Assembly (NCBI GenBank): GCA_965228895.1
Contig: OZ245842.1
Location: 2,464,001 to 2,528,000, forward strand
DNA length: 64,000 bases
Origin: Alphaproteobacteria bacterium
GTDB lineage: Bacteria > Pseudomonadota > Alphaproteobacteria > SP197
Reading direction: 5' to 3'
Shown here: one piece after another, positions 49,371-59,548 of the stretch
Position numbering within the stretch: the first letter of the stretch is position 1
Layout of the letters: the number at the start of each line of letters is the position of its first letter
The notes under the pieces: model-generated
The model's database searches: none
Seen by the model: only the letters and a program-made list of their open reading frames with translations
What the model was told of the DNA's origin: nothing
Position numbers and translations under genes: made by a program

Positions 49371-50974
49371 AGTTTGCCGCCATCTCCGTCGGCGAGGCTG
49401 AGGGCGCCATTCTTGCTCACAGCACGCGCTGTGGTGACCGCACGCTGAAGAAGGGATTGGTGCTGTCGGCCGATCATGTCGCGGCCCTCGACGCAGCGGG
49501 GATCCAAGACGTCGTGGTCGCGCAGCTTGGCCCCGACGACATTCATGAGGATGAGGCCGCGCAGCGGGTTGCCGCCTCGATGGCGGGGCCCGGTCTTGAG
49601 ATCGCCGCGCCCTTTACCGGCCGCGTCAACCTGATTGCCGACGAGGCCGGTATCGTCGTACTCGACACCGCACGCATCGAGCAGTTGAATCGGGTCGATG
49701 AATCGCTGACGGTCGCCACCCTGCCCGCCTTCGATATTGCCGAAGCCGGCCAAATGGTCGCGACGATCAAGGTCATCCCCTTCGCCGCGCCACGGGTTTG
49801 CGTCGAAGCATGGGAAGCCATCGCGTCAAGCGATGGTCCGGTCGTTCGTGTTGCGCCCTTGCGAATGAAACGCATCGCGCTGATTTTGACCCAAACCGAT
49901 GTCACGTCCGACAAGGTGCTGGACAAAACCGCCCGTGTTGTCGCCGATCGACTGGCGGCCTTAGGCAGCGACGTGGTCGCCGAAAGCCACTGCCGTCACG
50001 ACACCGATGCGTTGGCGTCTGAGCTCGAGCGCGTCGGGTCCGATATCGACATGACGCTGATCTATGGCGCTTCGGCGATCACCGACCGCCGCGACGTGAT
50101 CCCATCCGCCATCGAGCAGACCGGCGGCACGGTCCGGCACTTCGGCATGCCGGTCGACCCCGGTAATCTTCTGCTCCTGGCCGAACGACAGGACAAACCG
50201 GTGCTTGGATTGCCCGGCTGTGCACGATCGCCGAAGCTGAATGGTTTCGACTGGGTCTTGCAACGCTTGTTGGCCGACATTCCGGTTTCATCTCACGACA
50301 TCATGGCCATGGGGGTCGGCGGCCTGCTCAAAGAGATCCCATCGCGCCCGCAGCCGCGACGCGAGCCCCCGGAACAGCGTGCACCGCGAATCACGGCCCT
50401 GGTTCTGGCAGCCGGTCAGTCCCGCCGCATGGGACGCGACAACAAATTGCTCGCGCCAATTGACGGTCGCGCGATGGTGCGCCATGTCGCCGAAGCGGCT
50501 GTCGCTTCGCGGGTTCACGCGACCATCGTCGTTACGGGCCACGAGGCCGATGCGGTGCGCGATGCGCTCGGTGGTCTCAATATAACATTCGCGCACAACC
50601 CGGGCTTTGCAGATGGGCTCAGCACATCCCTGCGCGCCGGGCTTGAAGCGGTTGGCGACGATTGTGACGGCGTGGTCGTATGCTTGGGTGACATGCCGGG
50701 CCTCACAGCCGACTTGCTCAATCGCTTGATCTCAGGCTTCAATCCATCCGAGGGACGGGCCATCGTCTTGCCGACCCATCGCGGCAAACGTGGCAATCCC
50801 GTGCTGTGGGGCCGCCGCTTTTTCGAGACAATGAAAACGGTCGCCGGCGACGTCGGCGCGCGTCACCTGCTGGGCGAAAACGAAGACCTGGTTGTCGAGA
50901 TCGCTGCGGACGACGATTCGGTGCTCGTCGATATCGACACGCCCGAAGCCCTGAAGGCCGCACGCGGGGGCTAA
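49367..50974 (+). CDS. Molybdopterin-binding domain / MocA-like cytidylyltransferase fusion
   Basis: GMPVDPGNLL, PGCARSPKLNGFD; LAAGQSRRMG..KLL, LGDMP, GNPVLW, GDVGAR, DIDTPE. Confidence 0.9.
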   Translation: MKFAAISVGEAEGAILAHSTRCGDRTLKKGLVLSADHVAALDAAGIQDVVVAQLGPDDIHEDEAAQRVAASMAGPGLEIAAPFTGRVNLIADEAGIVVLDTARIEQLNRVDESLTVATLPAFDIAEAGQMVATIKVIPFAAPRVCVEAWEAIASSDGPVVRVAPLRMKRIALILTQTDVTSDKVLDKTARVVADRLAALGSDVVAESHCRHDTDALASELERVGSDIDMTLIYGASAITDRRDVIPSAIEQTGGTVRHFGMPVDPGNLLLLAERQDKPVLGLPGCARSPKLNGFDWVLQRLLADIPVSSHDIMAMGVGGLLKEIPSRPQPRREPPEQRAPRITALVLAAGQSRRMGRDNKLLAPIDGRAMVRHVAEAAVASRVHATIVVTGHEADAVRDALGGLNITFAHNPGFADGLSTSLRAGLEAVGDDCDGVVVCLGDMPGLTADLLNRLISGFNPSEGRAIVLPTHRGKRGNPVLWGRRFFETMKTVAGDVGARHLLGENEDLVVEIAADDDSVLVDIDTPEALKAARGG

Positions 50975-53667
50975 CTCAAGACTTCCGACGTATCCGCCGC
51001 CACCACGTCCTGGAGATCCAGCACAACGCGCACGGCATCGGGATCGTCGGGGACATTGTGCTCGTGGAATCCCAGACCTGCCGTGAAGTCGCGCATGCGG
51101 CGGTTTTCGCGCAAGACTTCACCAACCATGTGCGCCGTCCCGCGCGCACGGCAGTAGCGAATCATCTTCTGCATCAATGCAGCACCCAGCCCGAGACCCT
51201 TGAGGTCGGACCGCACGACGATCGCAAACTCCGTCGTTTCGTTGTCGGGATCTGTGAACGTTCGAACCACGCCAAGCGTATCGCGCTCCGGACCGACGGC
51301 GATGAATGCCATTTCCCGGTCGTAGTCGACCTGGGTCAGGCGCGCCATCTGGCTGTGTGGTAGTTGTCTGACTTGATTAAAGAAACGAAAGCGGATGTCT
51401 TCCGGTGTCAGTTTGTCGACAAAAGCATAATGACGCTCTTCGTCTTCGGGGCGGATCGGACGGAACAGAACGTCACCGACGCCGTCAAACACCGCATGCT
51501 CTTCCAGCTCTTGTGGATAGGGCCGGATTGCGGGGCTGTGTGTGACACCGGCCTCGGCCAGACCAATGCGTGCATCAAGCGCGATCACGCCATCCTTGTC
51601 GACGACCAGCGGATTGATGTCGAGCTCCTCGACTTCGGGCAGATCCACGGCGATCTGCGCCACCTTGATGAGCGTCAGATAGAGCGAGTCGAAGTCGATC
51701 GACGGCTGGTCGCGAAACCCTTCAAGACGCCGGACAATACGCGTGCGCTCGACCAGTTCGGCCGCCAGCTTCATGTTGATCGGCGGCAGTGCCACCGCGC
51801 GATCGGCAATGACCTCGACGGCCCGGCCGCCTTCCCCAAACAACACGAAGGGTCCGAAGATCGGATCTTGACCCAATCCCAGGATGAGCTGGAAACCGCG
51901 CGGACGCCGCGCCATTTGCTGTACCGTAAATCCGTCAAGCCGCGCGTCTGGTACGAGCTTGGCGATGCGCTCCTGCATTTCTTCGGCCGCACCGCGCACC
52001 GCGTAGGCGTCCTTTAGATCGAGCACGACACCACCAACGTCGGACTTGTGGGTGATGTCGGGCGACAGGATCTTGACCGCGACGGGGAAGCCGAGTTCCT
52101 CGGCCGTCGTTGCAGCATCGCTGGGCGTCGGCACGCGACGCGACGCGACGACAGGAATGGTGAACGCCTCCAAGACCGCCTTGGCTTCCGGTTCGGTCAA
52201 GAGCGTGCGGTCGTCCGCCCTTACCGCATCGATGACGTTGCGTGCGGCGGCGATATCCGGCGTAAACGCTTCTGGAATGTCGGCGGGCGTTTCAAGCAGC
52301 AACTGCTGCAGTTCCGTATAGCGCGCGGCATGAAGGAAGCCCCTGACCGCGCTTTCTGGCGTGGTGTAGGTCGCCAACCCCTTGTCGCTTAACGCCTGTT
52401 GCGCACGCTCGGCGCCACGTCCGCCCAACCATGACGTGACAATCGGTTTGCGTGTCGACGCTAGCTTGTCAGCGACGGCGGAAGCCGCGTCCAGCGAGTT
52501 GGCAATCGCCGTCGGCGCGTTCAAGACCAGCAGGGCATCGCTGCCAGGGTCGGCGATGACGGCCTCGAGCGCTTTGACATAGCGGTCCGGCGGAGCGTCA
52601 CCGATGATGTCGACGGGGTTGCCGCGCGACCACGTTGGCGGCAGGACATCGTCGAGGGCACTGATGGTTTCCGGCGCCAGCTTGGCCAAGTGCCCGCCGC
52701 CGTCGATCAGCGCGTCAACCGCCATCACGCCCGGCCCGCCCCCATTGGTGACGATAGCCAGACGGTTGCCGGCCACGCGCCGGCAGCGCGCCAACGTTTC
52801 GACTACGCTGAAGAGTTCTTCGAAGTCATAGGCCCGCAGCACACCGGCGCGCGCCATCGCCGCCTCAAAGACATCATCTGCGCCGGCCAGCGCCCCGGTA
52901 TGCGACATCGCCGCCGCGGCAGCCTCGCTGACACGGCCCGACTTGATCGCGACCACCGGCTTGTTGCGTGCCGCCGCACGCGCCGCCGACAGGAATTTCC
53001 GCGCGTGACGGATCGATTCAATATAGAGCAGGATCGACTTGGTCGCGGGATCGCTGGCCAGGTCGTCGATGACATCGCCGAAGTCGACGTCCAGGCTGTC
53101 GCCCAGGGACACGAAACGGGAGAACCCGATGCCGCGCGCCGACGCCCAGTCGAGAACCGCCGTACACAGTGCACCGGACTGAGAGACGAACGCGATACTG
53201 CCCGTCTCCGCACCGCCCGGCGCAAAGCTCGCGTTGAGCGACTGCGACGGCACGATCAGCCCGACGCAATTGGGACCCAGAACACGGAGGAGATGCGGGC
53301 GTGCGGCGTCCAGCATCGCTTGCGCCAGGGTGCGGTCTTCCGACGCTTCGTTGCCCAGCCCGGCGGTCAGGACGACCGCGCCCTTGGTGCCCCGCGCCCC
53401 GAGCTCCGCGATCAGGCCGGGCACAGTCGCCGGTGGCGTGCAGATGACGGCCAGGTCCGGCGTTACCGGCAGGTCGGTGACGGAGCCGTAACACAGCACC
53501 CCAGCCACGGCCTGGTGTTTGGGATTGACCGGCAGGACCGGGCCCTGGAAGCCGCCGGTCAGCAGGTTGCGCATGACCGTGGCGCCGACGCTGTGAGCCC
53601 GGTCTGAGGCGCCGATGACGGCGACCGATGACGGAGCAAAAAGGCTTTCCAGATTGCGCGTTGTCAT
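50971..53667 (-). CDS. pat: Protein lysine acetyltransferase (acyl-CoA ligase-like + GNAT, Pat/PatZ type)
   Basis: VAVIGAS, GPNCVG, SQSGAL, NPVDI, HKSDVGGV, C-terminal RPIRPED..DYDREMAF..EFAIVV. Confidence 0.9.
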   Translation of the reverse strand: MTTRNLESLFAPSSVAVIGASDRAHSVGATVMRNLLTGGFQGPVLPVNPKHQAVAGVLCYGSVTDLPVTPDLAVICTPPATVPGLIAELGARGTKGAVVLTAGLGNEASEDRTLAQAMLDAARPHLLRVLGPNCVGLIVPSQSLNASFAPGGAETGSIAFVSQSGALCTAVLDWASARGIGFSRFVSLGDSLDVDFGDVIDDLASDPATKSILLYIESIRHARKFLSAARAAARNKPVVAIKSGRVSEAAAAAMSHTGALAGADDVFEAAMARAGVLRAYDFEELFSVVETLARCRRVAGNRLAIVTNGGGPGVMAVDALIDGGGHLAKLAPETISALDDVLPPTWSRGNPVDIIGDAPPDRYVKALEAVIADPGSDALLVLNAPTAIANSLDAASAVADKLASTRKPIVTSWLGGRGAERAQQALSDKGLATYTTPESAVRGFLHAARYTELQQLLLETPADIPEAFTPDIAAARNVIDAVRADDRTLLTEPEAKAVLEAFTIPVVASRRVPTPSDAATTAEELGFPVAVKILSPDITHKSDVGGVVLDLKDAYAVRGAAEEMQERIAKLVPDARLDGFTVQQMARRPRGFQLILGLGQDPIFGPFVLFGEGGRAVEVIADRAVALPPINMKLAAELVERTRIVRRLEGFRDQPSIDFDSLYLTLIKVAQIAVDLPEVEELDINPLVVDKDGVIALDARIGLAEAGVTHSPAIRPYPQELEEHAVFDGVGDVLFRPIRPEDEERHYAFVDKLTPEDIRFRFFNQVRQLPHSQMARLTQVDYDREMAFIAVGPERDTLGVVRTFTDPDNETTEFAIVVRSDLKGLGLGAALMQKMIRYCRARGTAHMVGEVLRENRRMRDFTAGLGFHEHNVPDDPDAVRVVLDLQDVVAADTSEVLS

Positions 53668-53685
53668 GGCGGCCTTGTAGCAGAA

Positions 53686-54552
53686 TTACGGAGGTGGTTG
53701 GTCCATCAACTCGACGAATGCCCGGACGACACGCTGAGAGCGTCGATCGGCGCGGCAGACGACGTATTCGTCGGTTGTAATATCGGCATCCCGTAACGGA
53801 ATTGCGACAAGGCGTTCATCTTCGCCGAATTCGGTTTCGTTGACGACGCCGACGCCGAGGCCGGCGGCCACAGCCTCGCGCACGGCTTCGCGGCTTTCGA
53901 TCTCCATGACAACCTCTGGCGCGATGCCGCGCTCGACCAGCGCCGCCTCGAACACGCGCCGGGTGTTGGAGCCCTGCTCGCGCAGGATCATCGGTTCGCC
54001 GTCCAGCTCGCCGATAGCAAGGGACCGCCGGCGGCCCCAAGCGTGGCGGCGCGGCACAAAAACGACCAGCCGGTGGCGGGCGACATGGTGGAAGTCGAGC
54101 CGCTCGTCGTCGACCAGCCGAGCGAGCACGGCGACATCGGTGCGGTAGGACAGCAGATCCTCCAGCATGTCATCGGAGTTACCGATCGCCAGCGACACCC
54201 TGATCTCAGGGTGGCGTTCGCGAAACGCCGACAAGTGATGCATGACGTGATAGGGGCCGTCTGCGCCGACCGTGAGGTAGCCGTGATCCAGCCCACCGGA
54301 CTCGTTCAGCAGCGTCACGGCCTCATCCAGAGCGGCGAAGCCACGCTGCGAGATCGCATGCAGTTCCTCGCCCAGCTTGGTCAGGTTCAGGCGCCGGTTG
54401 ACCCGGTGAAACAGCTCGACGCCATAAGCCTCCTCCAAGGCCTTGATCTGCACGGTGATGGCGGGCTGGCTGACGCCGAGATTCTCGGCGGCGTGGGTCA
54501 CGCTGCCGGTTTCAGCGACACCATGAAAGGCGCGGAGTTGGGCAAATTTCAT
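53686..54552 (-). CDS. LysR-family regulator, divergent from phnWX
   Basis: QLRAF..VAETGSVTHAA..SQPAIT.QIKALE HTH; REQGSNTR. Confidence 0.92.
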   Translation of the reverse strand: MKFAQLRAFHGVAETGSVTHAAENLGVSQPAITVQIKALEEAYGVELFHRVNRRLNLTKLGEELHAISQRGFAALDEAVTLLNESGGLDHGYLTVGADGPYHVMHHLSAFRERHPEIRVSLAIGNSDDMLEDLLSYRTDVAVLARLVDDERLDFHHVARHRLVVFVPRRHAWGRRRSLAIGELDGEPMILREQGSNTRRVFEAALVERGIAPEVVMEIESREAVREAVAAGLGVGVVNETEFGEDERLVAIPLRDADITTDEYVVCRADRRSQRVVRAFVELMDQPPP

Positions 54553-54592
54553 AAACTCAATATATCAAACCTTTAACGAAAGGTAATTTGAT
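54551..54592. promoter_or_regulatory. Candidate LysR binding region of the divergent lysR/phnW promoter
   Basis: AT-rich; T-N11-A (54552-54564) and nested inverted repeats ATCAAA..TTTGAT and CCTTT-AACG-AAAGG. Confidence 0.45.
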
Positions 54593-54644
54593 TAATGGCG
54601 TGGCCAGACCTAGGTTCACCGCTAAACCAGAGGACCACGACGTC

Positions 54645-55820
54645 ATGAACCAGACCGACCGAACGCCCCTGCTCCTCACCCCCGGCCCGCTAACGACCAA
54701 TCCCGCGACACGGCGCGCGATGGATCGTGACTGGGGTTCGCGCGACACCGACTTCATCGCGCTGACGGCACGCGTGCGCCGGCGCCTGGAGGAACTCGCC
54801 GGCGGTACCGAGGGCGAGTTCGTCGCCGTGCCCCTGCAAGGCAGCGGCACCTTCGTGGTCGAAGCGACCCTGGGCACCATGGTGCCGCGCGACGGCAAGG
54901 TTCTGGTCTTGATCAACGGCGCCTATGGCCGCCGCATGGCGTCCATGCTGGAGATCATGGGCCGGGCCCACACCGCCATAACCTGTGCAGAGCATGAGCC
55001 TGTCACCGGCGCCATGGTGGAAACCGCGCTTTCGAACGACGCCGCCATCACGCACGTCGCGGCCGTGCACTGCGAGACGACATCCGGCATCTTGAACCCG
55101 ATCGAGGAGATCGCGGCGGTCGTCGCGAACCACAACAAACGCCTGCTGATCGACGCCATGAGCAGCTTCGGCGCGATTGCGATCGACCCGGCGCGCGTCC
55201 CCTTCAGCGCCATCATGGCCTCGTCCAACAAGTGCCTTGAAGGCGTGCCGGGCATCGGGTTTGCGATCCTGCGCGCAACTGACCTCGCCGAGACCGCCGG
55301 CAATGCCCACTCGTTGAGCCTCGACCTGCATGCCCAGTGGAAGGGTTTTGAGAGCAACGGCCAATGGCGATTCACGCCGCCGACCCACGTGCTCGCGGCG
55401 TTCGATGCCGCCCTGGCGCGCCATGAAAGCGAAGGCGGCACCGAGGGCCGCCACGAACGCTACGCCAAAAACTGCCAAACGCTCGTCACCGGCATGCGCG
55501 CCCTGGGTTTCCAAACCCTGCTCCCTGACGAGTTGCAGGCGCCCATCATCGTCACCTTCCTTGCCCCCGAAGACCCGGCCTTTGCGTTCTCGAAGTTCTA
55601 CGACCTCCTCCACGCGAAGGGGTACGCCATCTACCCGGGCAAGCTGACCGAGGCCGACAGCTTCCGCGTCGGCTGCATCGGCGACCTCGACGACAGTGAC
55701 ATGACGGCGGCCGTCAGCGCCATCGGCGAGGTCATTGCCGATATGGGCGTCAGTCCGTCACCAAAAACGCCTAGCCCGAAAACCAATGCAACACATGAAC
55801 CAGTGAGTGTAACTCAATGA
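54645..55820 (+). CDS. phnW: 2-aminoethylphosphonate--pyruvate transaminase
   Basis: LLTPGPLTT, DWGSRD, QGSGTF, HCETTSG, DAMSSFG, SSNKCLEG, QWRFTPPT, IYPGK. Confidence 0.95.
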   Translation: MNQTDRTPLLLTPGPLTTNPATRRAMDRDWGSRDTDFIALTARVRRRLEELAGGTEGEFVAVPLQGSGTFVVEATLGTMVPRDGKVLVLINGAYGRRMASMLEIMGRAHTAITCAEHEPVTGAMVETALSNDAAITHVAAVHCETTSGILNPIEEIAAVVANHNKRLLIDAMSSFGAIAIDPARVPFSAIMASSNKCLEGVPGIGFAILRATDLAETAGNAHSLSLDLHAQWKGFESNGQWRFTPPTHVLAAFDAALARHESEGGTEGRHERYAKNCQTLVTGMRALGFQTLLPDELQAPIIVTFLAPEDPAFAFSKFYDLLHAKGYAIYPGKLTEADSFRVGCIGDLDDSDMTAAVSAIGEVIADMGVSPSPKTPSPKTNATHEPVSVTQ

Positions 55821-56647
55821 CATTTATCTATAATCGAGAATTCCGTGGACCGCTGGAGGCCTGCATCTTCGATTGGGCCGGCACGGTTCTGGATTTCGGC
55901 TGCGTGGCGCCTGCCGCCGCCTTCGTCGAGGTGTTCGAGCGCCACCAGGTGCCGATCACGGTCGAAGAAGCGCGCGGTCCGATGGGGGCCCACAAGCGGG
56001 TTCACATCCAGCAGATCACCGAGATGACCGGCGTGCGCCAGCGCTGGGTGGACGCCCACGGCCGCGCGCCGACCGACGACGATGTCGATACCATGTATCA
56101 GGAGTTCATTCCGCTGCAGCTCGATTGCCTGGCGGACTATTCGACCCTGATCCCCGGCACCCTGGACGCGGTGAAGGCGCTGCGCGAGCGGGACATGAAG
56201 ATCGGCACGACGACCGGCTACATCTCCGAGATGACGGCGATCAATCTGGTTGAGGCCAAGAAGCAAGGATTTGAGCCGGATTCGACCGTCTGCTCGAACG
56301 AAGTGCCCAAGGGCCGCCCCTATCCCGACATGTGCCTTCAGAACGCCATCAATCTCGAAGTCTCCTGCGTTCAGGCCTGCGTCAAGGTCGACGATACGGT
56401 AACCGGCATCGAAGAAGGGCTGAACGCCGGCATGTGGACGGTGGCCCTGACCGTCTCGGGCAACGAGGTCGGCTTGGCGCTCGACGACTGGCAGGCGCTC
56501 TCCGCCGACGATCAGGCGCGGCTGCGCGCCAAGGCCGAAGACAAGATGCGCCGCTCGGCCGCCCACTATGTCGTCGACACGGTGGCCGACCTGATGCCCT
56601 GCATCGACGATATCCAGGCCCGGCTCGCGCGCGGCGAGAAGCCTTGA
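55817..56647 (+). CDS. phnX: Phosphonoacetaldehyde hydrolase
   Basis: FDWAGT.LDFG, EARGPMG.HKR.HI, GRPYP, KVDDT..GIEEG.NAGMW. Confidence 0.95.
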   Translation: MTFIYNREFRGPLEACIFDWAGTVLDFGCVAPAAAFVEVFERHQVPITVEEARGPMGAHKRVHIQQITEMTGVRQRWVDAHGRAPTDDDVDTMYQEFIPLQLDCLADYSTLIPGTLDAVKALRERDMKIGTTTGYISEMTAINLVEAKKQGFEPDSTVCSNEVPKGRPYPDMCLQNAINLEVSCVQACVKVDDTVTGIEEGLNAGMWTVALTVSGNEVGLALDDWQALSADDQARLRAKAEDKMRRSAAHYVVDTVADLMPCIDDIQARLARGEKP

Positions 56648-56659
56648 TGAGGTAACGAA

Positions 56660-57247
56660 TTGCGTAGGGTTCTGATGTTCGACTTGGGCGGCGTCCTCGT
56701 CGAAAACACCATGTTTGAAGAGCTCCCAGAGCTCATTGATGGTGACATCGACGACAGCGACCTGAAGGCCAAATGGCTTCAAAGCCAAACAGCTCGCGAG
56801 TTCGAGTTAGGCAACTGCTCGCCGGAGGCGTTTGCCATTGCGATCGTCGAAGAGTTTCAGCTCTCCACAAGTCCGGCGGAGTTCCTTGAAGCGTTCTCAG
56901 GCTGGCCAAAGGGTTTCTATCCAAGCGCGCCAGACCTCCTTGCCGATCTGCGCAAGCGGTATGTGACGGGATGCTTGAGCAACTCCAATGAACTGCATTG
57001 GACCGATCACGTAACGTCGCACTTCGACCATTGCTACTCGTCGCATATTTTGAAGAAGATCAAACCGGACGCTGCGGTTTTCGAGGCTGTTACCGACGAT
57101 ATCGGCTGCCAGCCCAGCGATGTCGTGTTCTTCGATGACTCACGACTCAACGTTGACGCGGCCCAGGCCTTTGGTTGGGTGGCACATCTTACCGTCGGTT
57201 ATGCGGCACTCAATCGGGTGCTAAGCGAAACGGGGATCACGCGCTAG
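56660..57247 (+). CDS. HAD-family phosphatase
   Basis: FDLGGVL, LSNSN.LHW, KPD, FFDD...NV.AA. Confidence 0.88.
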   Translation: MRRVLMFDLGGVLVENTMFEELPELIDGDIDDSDLKAKWLQSQTAREFELGNCSPEAFAIAIVEEFQLSTSPAEFLEAFSGWPKGFYPSAPDLLADLRKRYVTGCLSNSNELHWTDHVTSHFDHCYSSHILKKIKPDAAVFEAVTDDIGCQPSDVVFFDDSRLNVDAAQAFGWVAHLTVGYAALNRVLSETGITR

Positions 57248-57384
57248 ACCCGCGATAGCCTGAGTTCAGGCCGGGATTGACGTAACTCCCCCGATCAATG
57301 CCGTGAAATCCAATGTCGCTTTAGGGCTCGAAATCTACCGGGCGATCCGGCACATTCCGTCGCCGCCTCACCGGAGAGATTGTC

Positions 57385-58611
57385 ATGACGGTTACCCTGG
57401 AGGACATTCGCCAGGCCGCCCAGGACTTGGTCGGTCAGGTCGTGCGCACGCCGTGCAGCCATTCGCGCACGCTGTCGGAGATTTCCGGCGCCGAGGTCTA
57501 TGTCAAGTTCGAGAACCTGCAGTACACCGCATCATTCAAGGACCGCGGCGCCTATATCAAGATGTCCTCGCTGAGCCAGGAGGAGCAGGCCAAGGGCGTT
57601 GTCGCCATGTCGGCCGGCAACCATGCACAGGCGGTCGCCTATCACGCCCAGCGCCTGGGCTTGGCCGCGACCATTGTGATGCCCGAGGGCTCGCCCACGG
57701 TGAAGGTGAAGAACACCCGCCGGTTCGGCGCCCGCGTCGTGCTGTCGGGCGAGACCATCGATGATGCGGCGGTCTACGCCCACCAGCTCGCCAATGACGA
57801 GGGCCTGACCTTCGTCCATCCCTATAACGACGAGAAGGTTATGACCGGCCAGGGCACGGTCGGCCTGGAGATCCTGGAAGACGTGCCGGACCTGGATGCC
57901 GTGATCGTGCCGATCGGTGGTGGCGGCCTGATTTCCGGCATCGCGATCGCCGCCAAAGGCATTCGCCCCGAGATCGAGATCTTCGGTGTCGAGGCGTCGC
58001 TCTTTCCGTCCATGTATCAGGCGCTTCAAGGGCTGCCCGTGACGTCGGGCGGGCGAACGGTGGCTGATGGCATCGCGGTCAAGACGCCGGGCGAACTCAC
58101 CATGCCGGTGGTACGCGAACTGGTCAGCGACATCTTCCTGACCAGCGAGGAGCAGCTTGAACACGGCGTTCAAGTCCTGCTGGAAATCGAGAAGTCCGTC
58201 GCCGAAGGCAGCGGTGCCGCACCCCTGGCTGCGCTTCTGGCCCATAGCGACCAGTTCGCCGGCCGCAAGGTGTGCCTGATTCTGACCGGCGGCAACATCG
58301 ACTCACGCATCCTGTCAGCGGTGATCGAACGCGGCCTGGTGCGTGACGGCCGCATGGTCAGGCTGCGCATCGCCATCCCCGATGCGCCGGGCACGCTCGC
58401 CAAGATTGCCGGCATCATCGGCAACGCGGATGCCAACATCATCGAGGTCTATCACCAGCGGGCCTTCTCCAGCCTGCCGGTCAAGCAGGCCGATCTCGAC
58501 GTCATCCTGGAAACGCTGGACCGCGACCACATCGTCGACATCGTCGGCCGCCTGACCGCCGCCGGTTTCCTGGTGCGCGAACTGGGTCCCGACGAGTCAA
58601 CCTTGGCGTGA
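57385..58611 (+). CDS. ilvA: Threonine ammonia-lyase with C-terminal ACT domain
   Basis: KFENLQYTASFKDRG, SAGNHAQ, GGGGL, GGNID, ACT domain PDAPGTLA..ANIIEVYHQR. Confidence 0.88.
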   Translation: MTVTLEDIRQAAQDLVGQVVRTPCSHSRTLSEISGAEVYVKFENLQYTASFKDRGAYIKMSSLSQEEQAKGVVAMSAGNHAQAVAYHAQRLGLAATIVMPEGSPTVKVKNTRRFGARVVLSGETIDDAAVYAHQLANDEGLTFVHPYNDEKVMTGQGTVGLEILEDVPDLDAVIVPIGGGGLISGIAIAAKGIRPEIEIFGVEASLFPSMYQALQGLPVTSGGRTVADGIAVKTPGELTMPVVRELVSDIFLTSEEQLEHGVQVLLEIEKSVAEGSGAAPLAALLAHSDQFAGRKVCLILTGGNIDSRILSAVIERGLVRDGRMVRLRIAIPDAPGTLAKIAGIIGNADANIIEVYHQRAFSSLPVKQADLDVILETLDRDHIVDIVGRLTAAGFLVRELGPDESTLA

Positions 58612-58697
58612 GGCGCCGCCGAACGTCACCTTTCGATCAGATGCCGTATCCGCATGGAGAGTTGACCCGGCCCGCGTGATCGTCAGACTGCACCCCC

Positions 58698-59435
58698 ATG
58701 ACAAAAACAAAGGTCATATGCGTCGTTCACGGCGACTATTCGAAAACCGGGCGGATCGGCGACAACATTCGCGCCAAGGGGCTTGAAGAAGTCCGCTGCT
58801 GCCTGCCGACAGGCGACGAGTTGCCGACCGACTTCGACGATATCGCCGGTGCCATTGTGTTTGGTGGCCCGATGAGCGCCAATGACGACGACAAGCTGGA
58901 CTTCATCGCCAAGGAACTGCGCTGGATCGACAAGCTGACAGCCGCCGACGTGCCGTTCCTGGGCGTCTGCCTGGGCGCCCAAATGCTGGCGCGGGTGCTG
59001 GGTGCCGAGGTCAAACCCCACGATGACGGCTGGCACGAGATCGGTTTCTGCGAGATCGCCCCGACCGAGGCGGGACGCGATGTCATCGGCGACCTGCGCT
59101 ACGTCTATCATTGGCATGGCGAGGGTTTTGACATGCCGTCCGGCGCCGAGCGGCTGGCGGAAGGCGCCAGCGGTCATTTTCCCAATCAGGCCTACCGTAT
59201 CGGCGAGCGGATCTACGGCGTCCAGTTCCATCCCGAATGCACGCTCGAGATGATCGAACTGTGGACCAAAGAGGGTGCCGAGAACCTTAGCGAACCCGGG
59301 GCCCAACAACCCCACGAGCAGATTGCCGGCGCCAAGCGCTATGACCATCTGGTGGATGCCTGGGTCCCCGGCTTTCTCGACCAGTGGCTGGGTCTTGAGG
59401 GTCGCAAAGTCGAGGTGCGCTCAGCCGCCTCCTGA
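58698..59435 (+). CDS. Type 1 glutamine amidotransferase-like protein
   Basis: GGPMSAND, GVCLGAQ, QFHPE catalytic motifs. Confidence 0.88.
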   Translation: MTKTKVICVVHGDYSKTGRIGDNIRAKGLEEVRCCLPTGDELPTDFDDIAGAIVFGGPMSANDDDKLDFIAKELRWIDKLTAADVPFLGVCLGAQMLARVLGAEVKPHDDGWHEIGFCEIAPTEAGRDVIGDLRYVYHWHGEGFDMPSGAERLAEGASGHFPNQAYRIGERIYGVQFHPECTLEMIELWTKEGAENLSEPGAQQPHEQIAGAKRYDHLVDAWVPGFLDQWLGLEGRKVEVRSAAS

Positions 59436-59516
59436 TCGATCCCAGATATGCGGTGAGCATCACATCAGAAGCCCTCCCGGGCCCTTGAACCGGTGGGTTG
59501 GATGACCATATCCATT

Positions 59517-59533
59517 TTTAGAATTATTCTAAT
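59517..59533. promoter_or_regulatory. Irr ICE-like / Fur-family box upstream of dps
   Basis: TTTAGAA-TTA-TTCTAAT; core TTAGAAT-T-ATTCTAA is a perfect 7-1-7 palindrome; one mismatch to TTTAGAA-N3-TTCTAAA. Confidence 0.75.
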
Positions 59534-59548
59534 TATGGAGTTCAGCCG

